DNA of 64,000 bases, from NCBI RefSeq assembly GCF_006345805.1, contig NC_043002.1, positions 40,486,001 to 40,550,000 on the forward strand, given 5' to 3'. Shown here piece by piece: positions 54,346-64,000 of the stretch (its first letter is position 1; each line of letters starts with the position of its first letter). The position numbers and the translations under genes are program-made. The notes beneath the pieces are model-generated. The model was not told where the DNA came from and ran no database searches. It saw only the letters and a list, made by a program, of their open reading frames with translations. The stretch comes from Octopus sinensis. Its lineage: Eukaryota.

Positions 54346-54499
54346 ACATCTATGATACTACTACTACTACTACTAATAATAATAATAATAATAATACAAA
54401 TAATAACAATAATAATAATTCAAAGATGGAATTTATAAATATTTTAATGTATTTTAATGCATACACACACACACACACACAGTGAAGGCACATGGCCTA

Positions 54500-55270
54500 G
54501 TGGTTACTAATACATTTACTAATACTAACATTAATTTAGCTACTACCATCCAACCCTCTAGAAATATTAATAACAAGGTTATTGTATCTGAAGTCAATCC
54601 CAATAGAATTAAATTTATGTCAAGTAACTCTAAGATTAAAAATTCTATATACCAATGTATAATCAGTACTCGTAATAAAGTACGATTTTACATTGGAAGC
54701 ACATCGTTAGAGTTATCTAAGAGAATTTCTATCCATTACTCAACATTTAGAGATAGAAATAAACGGAATAGTACCGGTCTCAGCAAACTGATTTGGAATT
54801 TAAAAGACCACAATGAACAATTTCATTTGGAATGGTTGATCCTCTCAATTTCGATACCATATGACAAAGGCAAGAAATTCTGTCTTCTCTGCAATTCTGA
54901 GCTATTTTTCATTATTTTTTCTAAAAATACTCTAGTAAACACGGTTATAGAACGAGCATACAGATGTAAACATTGGCAAAAGCATACTTTTAGTGCATAT
55001 AAGTAGTCTCTATCATTATATATAGTTTAGACTTTAATTTCCTTTATATTTAACATTCACTATTAATATCCCTACTCTTTCTGTTAGCTACTTATGACGT
55101 TATATCATATAACGTTTTTTTAAACAATATTAATAGCGTTCTGTCTATCCCTATACGAATCCATCATTTTTTGCTAAAATGTCATATTGACAAGTTTCGT
55201 TTTTTCACTTTCCCGAAGAGAAGATTGCATTGTTTATACCTTTTATTCTTTTGAATAAGTATCAGTGGAA
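54500..55270 (+). mobile_element. Penelope-like element fragment (GIY-YIG endonuclease)
   Basis: ORF 54482-55006: SIYQC...FYIGST...KRISIH...NSTGLSKLIWNLK...CLLCNSE, a GIY-YIG domain with a PLE-type C-terminus; 5' truncated, no RT. Confidence 0.85.
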
Positions 55271-57208
55271 TTTTTGAAACATATGTAGAAAGAAAAAATA
55301 CTTGTTTAAACCTGCGTTGACTCCATTTTTTATTCCTATATATATATATATATATATAGGGAAATGTGTTGGAACCCCACCACTTTTGTGTTTTATATAT
55401 ATATATATATAATCATCATAATTATCGTCGTTATTTAATGTCCGTTGCCCATGCTGGCATGGGTTGGATGGTTTGACTGGGCTGGCACACTGGAAGGCTG
55501 TGCCAGGATCCAGTCTGATTTGGCATGGTTTTCTATGGCTGGATTCCCTTCCTAATGTTGACCACTTCGAAAGTGTAATGGGTGCTTTCACGTGCCACCG
55601 GCACAGGTGCTATTTGTGTAACACCAGTAGCTGCTATGACTGCAATTTTTCTCAGCTTGATGGGTCTTCTCAAGCACAACATAATGCCAAAGGTCTTGGT
55701 CATTGCTTCTATGAGGCCCAAAGCTTGAAAGGAACTCAGCCACTTTACCTCTGTGAGGCCCAACACTCGAAAGGTACTCAGCCACTTTGCCTCCATGAGG
55801 CCCAACATTCGAAGGTTGCTTTTATTTATGTGCCACCAACATGGGTGCACTTGGCTCGACAAGTCCTCTTAAGCAGAGCATATCACCAAAGGTCTTGGTC
55901 ACAATATATATATATATCTCCTTTAAGTTCATTTATGGGGAATGGTTTTGAGTAGGCATATAAAAGCTCTTATTTTATTATATCAGTTACAACCTAATGA
56001 TACCAACTTGCAATAGCAGTTTTATGGGTTTGTACCGAGCTGTGCTGATATAATGTATGATAATATAGTAATAATAATAATAATAATCCATCAATGGAAT
56101 TTATAAATATTTTAATGTATCACTATGCGCATTTCTGCAAATCACATGCTTCTTATGATCATAGGCCGTATTCCTAGGATGATTACAGTACAGTCCATAG
56201 TATCCATGGACATCGGGCAGATCATAGTTCATGTGCTCATTTCTTCTGGTGATTTGGTACTAACATTGGAAGTAATGAATTTATAACCGAAGGATGTTGA
56301 TTAATTTTCACTAATCAAAAGGGTGACTGGGGTATGTGGGCAGTTCTGTGTGTATTTGGTAGGGAGGAATAGAAGGTGATGGAAAGAGGGAATGCAATGG
56401 TAATGATAAAGGAGAGGGAGGACTGTGTGGTGATATTGGCATTTTTGGCCTACCACTAACAAGGCATTGATTGGCCCAGGGCTATAGTAAAAGAAACATT
56501 TGTCTAAGATGCTATGCAGCAGAACTGAACCTGAAAACATGTGATTGGGAAGCAAACCTTTTACCCACCCAGCCACACCTGTGCCTATACACATATAGTT
56601 AAAAAAACCCAAGAAACAAATTGGACATCCACTTGAATTACACTGTAATGTACATGCAAAAGGAAATTCAAATGTAAATCAACAAAATTTGTAGACTAGT
56701 CAGTGCATGTTAACACGGAAAGTAGATTAATTTTCTCTTTAATCCATTTTAACTTTTTATATACTCAAGAGAGAACTACTAAAGAAAAAGAGGTAACACT
56801 AATGGTGTTCAAATACCATACAGTCAGAGTAAATGCTCTGTAAGTGGAATTGGCTAGCCAATTTTGATTCCCAGTTAACTCAATTGCATTTTGAACACAC
56901 TTTTTACTCCATACTCAATACCACTTTCCCTAATTGTGAGGTAGGCCAAATATACATAATTCAGTTCAATACCATCACCCAGTCCTTAGTTGCTTTTAGT
57001 AAAATTTGCTCTGTGGTAGGGATTTAAATGGAAGTCTATTTATTGGTTCTCTCTCTATCTATATTTTCCTTGCAGGTATTGACCACAGGCCAGGAATTGG
57101 GTGTAACAATTTCTTCTGACTAATTTCCTCTCCATGCATGCATGCATCCATCCATGCATGCATCTATCTATACATGTATGCATGTATGTATGTATGGATG
57201 GATGTATA

Positions 57209-57418
57209 CAGTATCTCACAGATGTATGTACACTCCAAAAATTTCAGTAAAATTGCCATTAATCTGATAATATCAAAGGAAATCAATTGAAATTTATACT
57301 GAATTAAATATATTATTCATGCAAACATTATATAAATTTGGAACACAAAACAATAAACATTTTCAAAGATATGAACGAAATATTAATTTTCAAATGATTC
57401 AAAAATATGTACACCCTA
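57209..57418 (+). mobile_element. One end of a Tc1-like IR/DR transposon
   Basis: TA|CAGTATCTCACAGATGTATGTACACTCC (Tc1-like terminus) with an inner repeat CAAAAATATGTACACCC at 57400-57416. Confidence 0.6.
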
Positions 57419-60400
57419 AAGGATTATATATATACATATTCTTTTACTTGCTTCAGTCATTTGACTAGGGCTATGCTGGAGCACCACCTTAAAGGGTCTT
57501 AGATGTAGAAAGTGACCCCAAGACTTATTCTTTCTAAGCCCAGTACTTATTCAATCAATCTCTTACCAAACCACTAAGTTACAGGGATGTAAACACATCA
57601 GCACCAGTTGTCAAGTGGTGGAGAGGGGACAAACATAGACACACACACAAATATCATCATCATCATCATTTAACGTCCACTTTCCATGGTAGCATGGGTT
57701 GGACGATTTGACTGAGGACTGGCGAACCAGATGGCTGTACCAGGCTCCAATCTTGATCTGGCAGAGTTTCTACAGCTGTATATATATATATACATTGGGC
57801 TTCTTTCAGTTTCTGTCTACCAAAATCCACTTACAAAGTTTTGGATGACCTGAGGCCATAGTTCCACACTTGCCCAAGGTGCCACACAGTAGGACTGAAC
57901 TCAGAACCATGTGCTTGGGAAGCAAGCTACTTACTACACAGCCATGCTTGTGCCTATATACACATGTATGTAGGTGCAGATGTGGATGGGTGATTAAGAA
58001 TCTTGCTCTTTTCATTGTTTGTTTACTTCTGACATCTTGGATATGAAACATTGTAACAAAAAATCAGTGCTGGAAATAATTTCTGTAGAAAACCTTCTAC
58101 TATAGTGCCAGGGTGACCAAAACTTTGTGTTGGATTTGGTAGACAGAAACTGAAAAAACTCTGTTGCATGTATGATGTATGTGTGTGTGTAAGCTTGTGT
58201 GTGTGCTTGTATGGACCCTTATTTAGGCATTATGTGATGGTTAAGCATTACCATTATACAAGCAAGGTTGTTAATTTCTTGTCTGTCATGAAAAACATGT
58301 CTAGCTGTATGACAATATAACATTGCTTGGAAACAGGTGAAGACTGGCAATGGGAAGCACATCTAAATTAGAAAATCTACCTCAATCAATTCCGTCCTGA
58401 AAATTGAAACCAATACAAGAATAGAACAATGAGTATACATTTCTTTGTAGTAGGTCTACTATTTTCATTAAGTTTAATTTTGTTGGTTTCATCAGAGAAC
58501 TCTTTATAATTAATATTTCTTTTCAGAAACCATAATCAGCTTTCATAATCAAGACTTCTTAAGATATCTTTAATGTTCATTTTCTAAACTAGAATACAAT
58601 ATTAAAACCGAAAACTTTGTGTATTAATCTTTTGGAACAAGTGATTTTACAGCTAAATCCCATCTCTACCTCTATTAACCACTTATCTCTAATTTTACCA
58701 AGGTAAATTGAGGGTAATTGATATAATGACTGTAAGGCTTACGGTCAAGACATGATTCTGAGTTGTTTAGCATCTTACTAGCCCCATTGACTATTCATGA
58801 AAAAAATTTGGCCGATACTAAACAGAAACACATCTGAAGTAATTTCCAAAATAAAGACACTGCAACAAATTTTTCTGACAATCCAATGACAGAACTTATT
58901 TGAAGCCGCTTGATTTGCTAGAAATAACAGCCAAACGTTCCTCAAATCACACCCATCAGTCTTAGAAAAAAAGACATACACTGGGTAATGAGTTGGTTAG
59001 TGTACTGTGCCTGATAAAAACATTGGCTGGCCATGGCTGGAACACATATTTAAAAAAATATTTTGTTGCAATTATTGAACCATGACATCATAGGTTAAGA
59101 GTTTCTAACAAACCAATCACTAGTTCACTGCAATGCTGATGGTGAGAGTAACTTGAGGCAGAACAAATCTAACAAAGAACTTTGTTAAACCACCCCTACT
59201 TTTTTTTTCTGTTTTCTTGCTGTTATGTTATCAATATAAAACCAATAAATGAATGATGAATAGATGGATGGATGGATACATACATACATACATACAACAG
59301 GATTTTGCACATTTTACCATTTACTAAATTTCACCAACACGATAAAGGTTAACCTAACACTTTTGTAGTAAACACGAATGTGCATGGCCTAGTGGTTAAG
59401 GTGTTGCTCTCACAATCACAAGATTGTAGTTTAAATTTCTGGACTAGGTGCTGTTCTTGAGCAAAACACTTCATCTCATGTTACTCTGTGATCACTTCAA
59501 CACATTTAGACAACACCAATTTGATGGAGGGTGAGCTAATGTACAGCACATACACACATTTGATCTCTATAAACAAATCATTTGTGAAGGTTGTTTAGCA
59601 AGAAATTGCAGAACTGTCTTTCTTGGACTACAATCATAATAGTAAACACTGGCTCAAGATGTTTTCCAGTGGAATCAAACATGGAATGTTGTAGTTGCAA
59701 AGCAAACTTTAATACATGATTAACACTGTTATTGCAGAAATTAGATCTCTCTATTCAAAATTTCATTACTCTCAACTGTGAAAAGTAGGTTTATTAAACC
59801 AATCCATCTTTTGTTAAGGAATGTCATGTTTGAAATTATTTTTTGTTGAGTTATGTCAAGTTTATTGCAGAAAACATCAATTCTAATTTTTGGTAGATTT
59901 TTAGCATTATTACTGAAATAATTGTGAAATTTAATTTTGCAGTTAGAGGGTTAATGGCCATGCAAGTGATGATAAATCAGGACTGACCTACACAACAATT
60001 ACACCTTTCTTATAAGAGAAAGCAATTATAAAAGTGTTAATGACAAGCCCATGACTTAGACCTAATGATCATCTGTATTTCTGAGAGCCAATGTTTAGAC
60101 ACGAGGCTGCCATTAACACAACACAGAAATTTCTTTAAATGTGAGCAAGCTGTAATCATTATTTACAATGTCAATATCTATCAGACACCTCTTTTATTTA
60201 AAAAAAAAAATTAGAAAATGAATTTATCTGAAATCAGGACAGACTTATACACTAGCTAAAATTCTCCCCAAAAGACACCTTTTCTAATTGAAATATATGT
60301 CACGTGTTTGAAGACCCAAATCTTTCAATGCATTCTGAATTTAGCCTAATATTGAGTTGTAATTAGATTTTAAAATAGATTTTAGAGACTAAAAGCATTT

Positions 60401-60688
60401 ATCTCATTGTAGCATAATGTTATATTTGAACAATAAATGTCTCTGCTTTTAACAATCGCTCTCATTTAAAATAAAATTTTTCTTTTTACTTGTTACAGTC
60501 ATTGGAGTGTAGCTATGCAAGGACATCACCTTGAAGAATATAGTTAAAGAAATCGACCATAGTTCTAATTTGTTTTAAGTCTGTCACTTACTATATCCAT
60601 CTCTTCTGCTGAACTGTGAAGTCATGAGTACACTACTGAACCAACACTAGTTGCCAAGTAAAGAAAGCCAGTGTTGAAGGTTAGAAGT

Positions 60689-61103
60689 ATAGGCATAGGA
60701 GCAGCTGTGTGGTAAGTAACTTGCTTACGAACCACATGGTCCTGGGTTCAATCCCACTGGGTGGCACCTTGAGCAAGCATCTTCTACTATAGCCTCGGGC
60801 CGACCAAAGGCTTGTGAGTGGATTTTGTAGATGGAAACATACACACACACACATATATATGTGTAAATATATGTGTATATAAATATATGTGTGTATATGT
60901 TTGTGTGTCTGTGTTTGTTCCCCCAATATCGCTTGACAGCCAATACTGGTGTGTTTATGTCCCTGTAACTTAGCAGTTCAGCAAAAAGAAACCGATAGAA
61001 TAAGTACTAGGCTTACAAAGAATAAGTCCTGGGATCGATTTGCTCGACTAAAGGTGGTGCTCCAGCATGGCCACAGTCAAATGACTGAAAAGAGTAAAAG
61101 AGT
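60689..61103 (+). mobile_element. tRNA-derived SINE family B, near full length
   Basis: Reverse complement of 22056-22472 with the same head, internal microsatellite and tail. Confidence 0.85.
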
Positions 61104-61339
61104 ATGTGCACAGAATAAAGCACAAAAAAGATAGAAAAGTGAACATTTAAGGAGTCATAAAGAGGAAAGGGTGCATAGGCATGTTAGTAGTAGTGTTGGT
61201 AAATTTTGGGAAGCATTGAAACTTTGAAAGGTGCAGTGTCCTGAAGCTAGCAACTGATGCGAGCAATTTATTCTATGCCTCAACAATTCTAGGTGTGAAA
61301 AAATGCCCTCAAAAGTCATGGGTGCTGCACTGTTTTGAT

Positions 61340-62300
61340 TTTATATACATCTTTACAGGTGGTAGAGATACTGAATTAAATACTGAAGTTGTTGGAAGGA
61401 TGGTGGATAATCTTGTGGGTTTCTAACAAGTCAATAACTAGATGCTGAAACTGTGCCCAGAGAAGTAATACATTCAAAATATGGTTAGTGATTGACAGAG
61501 GCATTTGTTTGACTGTATGTCTCTGTACAGCTCCCAGTAGATCGATATTCTGGACAAGATGGGGGTTTCTGATATAAGATGCAAACTGTAAGAGTGGATG
61601 CACCATATCCATATACAGCTTTAAATACATAACTGGTGAATTACTGACAAAAGTCTTACTGAATGATGCTTAGATACCTTTGGCCTTTTTGGTGATTTTA
61701 GAAATATAGCTTGTTTAACATAGATCATTGTAAACAATAATTCATAGGTCATGCTCACCAGCAGACTTCTTAAGATTAGTGTTGTGGAGGGAGCAGATAA
61801 GTTTCAGGATTTTCCTCCCAAAATACATAGTGATGCACCTGTCTACAGCCATCTTAATTTGGTAGTCAGCAATCCATTGCTGCATTGTATTGTGCTTAGT
61901 CCAGATTGCAAGAAAAATCTATTATGTATAGTATCCATTCTTTTTACCTTGGGCACAACTTAAAACCATCTGCATATTTTAACACAGGCATCTATTTCTT
62001 TAATGTATGAAACAAATAAGAGGGGACAAAAAACAAATCCCTGGCATTGCATAAAGTGCAGAAGCGTGTCCCAGTACTGTGAGTAACTCTTTTCAACTAA
62101 GTATGAAAGACTTCAACCAATTATAAAGATTAACCTTTATGTCTGTTTCAGAGAGCTTTGCCATAAGTTGTCTGTGTGACACAGAGTTAAAGGCTTTTGC
62201 AGAGTCAAGGTGGATAACATCCACCCACAAGCCATCATCTACGGGTTGGTCATGGCAGCTGGAGTTAGGAATAAATTGTGAGGGTTGAATAAAGTTATGA
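61340..62300 (-). mobile_element. CR1/L2-group LINE RT fragments
   Basis: VDVIHLDSAKAFNSVSHRQLMAKL...LYNWLKSF and VHPLLQFASYIRNPHLVQNIDLLGAVQR, matching the D.SKAFD.V.H and LVRP.LEY....W.P motifs. Confidence 0.8.
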
Positions 62301-62496
62301 AAGTTACAAGGAAAAAAAAGACTTATTACAAAATAGCCATAATGTTGTAGCAAAATATTAAACTATAATAATTGAATTAAAAAATATGTGAAGATGGATT
62401 CTTAAATTCGATAAGAAATGAATTTTTAAAAAGATATTTCATGTAAGTAAATTAGGAAGCGAAAAGCTGTACGAAGCGAAAAAAAAAGTCACTTAC

Positions 62497-62528
62497 CAAT
62501 AATGACGCCACTGTCACGTTTAGGACCA
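62497..62528 (-). CDS. CPNE8-like: Copine exon, 32-nt microexon (C2A end; phase 2 to phase 1)
   Basis: Minus strand reads ttcattaatttcAG|T GGT CCT AAA CGT GAC AGT GGC GTC ATT ATT G|GTAAGT = xGPKRDSGVII(V). It joins the 29-nt exon in frame to give GPKRDSGVIIVNAEELSSCK, alignable to vertebrate CPNE8 GIPGKKCGTIILTAEELNCCR (recalled). Confidence 0.85.
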
Positions 62529-62652
62529 CTGAAATTAATGAAATTACAATGAAAACTAAATATAGCATCAAACCAATATTAATGGGAAAAGCATAGAGAA
62601 ACATATGTATGAATGGACATGTATGTGTGCATGCTTATACATACATACATAC

Positions 62653-62691
<39 letters not shown>

Positions 62692-63589
62692 TCATACATA
62701 CACACACACACATATATACATATATATATGTATGTATGAGAGAGAGAGAGAGATATGCATACACATACAGATACACACAGAGAAATATTTACATATGTAT
62801 GTATGTATGTATGTATGTATATATATATATATATTAATGTTTGTTTTTTTGTTGAGTTATAATAAAATCAATTTAACACTGAATTTAAGAATCACTCAAT
62901 AATTTTTTTGTTGAGTACATATTTACTATACTTTTATTAGAAGATGGGCGACAGTAATTTGAAGTTTCGACTTTTGTCAGACCATCTGAGGAGGCCTAGC
63001 TGGGCGAAACTTCAAGGTCACATTACTGTCATCCTTCTTGTAAAAGTATAATTTACACACACACACATAGACACATACACATTTCATTGGGAAAAGTAAA
63101 AGCGAAAGTACATACAAGAAAAAAAATGAATAAGAGAAAAAGACAAGTAAAACTGGAGGGAATTTTCTAGATTAAAAAAAAAAAGCATTAAATAAGTCAG
63201 TACATATTTTTCTGTAAAGCAAGACATTCAATGTTTTAAATACATATATATTTCATGTCCCAATACATGCAGTCCACCAATATCTGCAGCTATGTGTAAT
63301 GTAAGTGAAATGACAGGGCATGCTTTATTGACATCATATGGCAAAAAGACAAAATAATAAAATGAAAGAAAAAGTAAAGAAAAATGTTGAAGGAGAAGCG
63401 ACAGAAAGTTTCACTGGTACGGAAATATAAAAATTTGAAGGGAAATTCTTCATTTTCTACTGATAAATCTGATGGAAAATTAAATTGAATTACGTTAAAT
63501 TACATAAAATTTACTTTCTAGATCTTGGTCATTGATGGGAGATGGGGAGACAACATAGATGATGACTGTATGGGAGATTATGATGGTGG

Positions 63590-63623
63590 TGATAGTAGTG
63601 AGAGTAGTACTAGTAGCAGCAGC

Positions 63624-63662
<39 letters not shown>

Positions 63663-63740
63663 GATGATGATAATGATGATGATGATGATGATGAAAATAA
63701 TAATAATAATAATAATGATAATAATAATAATAATAATAAA
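63590..63740. repeat. Trinucleotide (TAG/CAG/TAA/TGA)n compound repeat
   Basis: Read directly from the sequence. Confidence 0.95.
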
Positions 63741-64000
63741 TGCCTGATGCAGTACCAGGCAGTGGCTCTCATGACTTCTGATCTTAACTGATTGGAAGTG
63801 TTATCATGTACATTGTTTTGGCTTGGTATAAAAGATGGGCTACAGCAAATATTCAGCTCAATACCACACATTTGCTTGTCAGTTGTTTGACCTTAACCAG
63901 TCCCTTAGTGGCTGACGATATGTGCATCTCTGATCATGAGCAGAAGTAGTTGGGGAACATCATAGCCATGTATTGAGAGGGATTCTTTGGGGTTTGGGTA
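63740..64000 (+). repeat. Interspersed repeat after a (TAA/TGA)n tract, truncated by the window end
   Basis: Same family as 16345-16570(-). Confidence 0.7.

Noticed and set aside
55185-55230. GAAACTTGTC (minus strand) in the Penelope 3' region as a second hammerhead
   Set aside because: No CTGANGA in the required position and orientation.
57060-57123. Plus-strand acceptor-like ttttccttgcAG followed by a short frame (nested gene exon?)
   Set aside because: Stop within 16 codons, no homology, and no partner exons found.

Overview
Eukaryotic, AT-rich, microsatellite- and SINE-dense DNA; the repeat content suggests an octopod cephalopod (inference). The only host gene I can support is a minus-strand copine (CPNE5/8/9-like Ca2+-dependent phospholipid-binding protein). 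Seven small GT-AG exons (32, 29, 104, 105, 42, 76, 54 nt; 442 nt in total) are spread over 62528..2040. They splice in frame to [147 protein letters not shown], i.e. the end of C2A, all of C2B and the lysine-rich linker. Upstream C2A exons and the vWA exons were not found and presumably lie outside the window. The rest is intron filled with decayed mobile DNA: a Gypsy LTR element lacking RT/RNase H, RTE, CR1 and RLE-type non-LTR fragments, a Penelope GIY-YIG fragment, at least four tRNA-derived SINE families, mariner/Tc1/hAT/piggyBac-type MITEs, a Helitron-like end and several long foldback hairpins. Most notable: two microexons separated by a 34.5 kb intron, many intronic inverted repeats, and a hammerhead-ribozyme-like motif near the 32-nt exon. 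No CRISPR array, rRNA or true tRNA is supported, and I see no clearly novel system. Exon coordinates were counted by hand; repeat boundaries are approximate.
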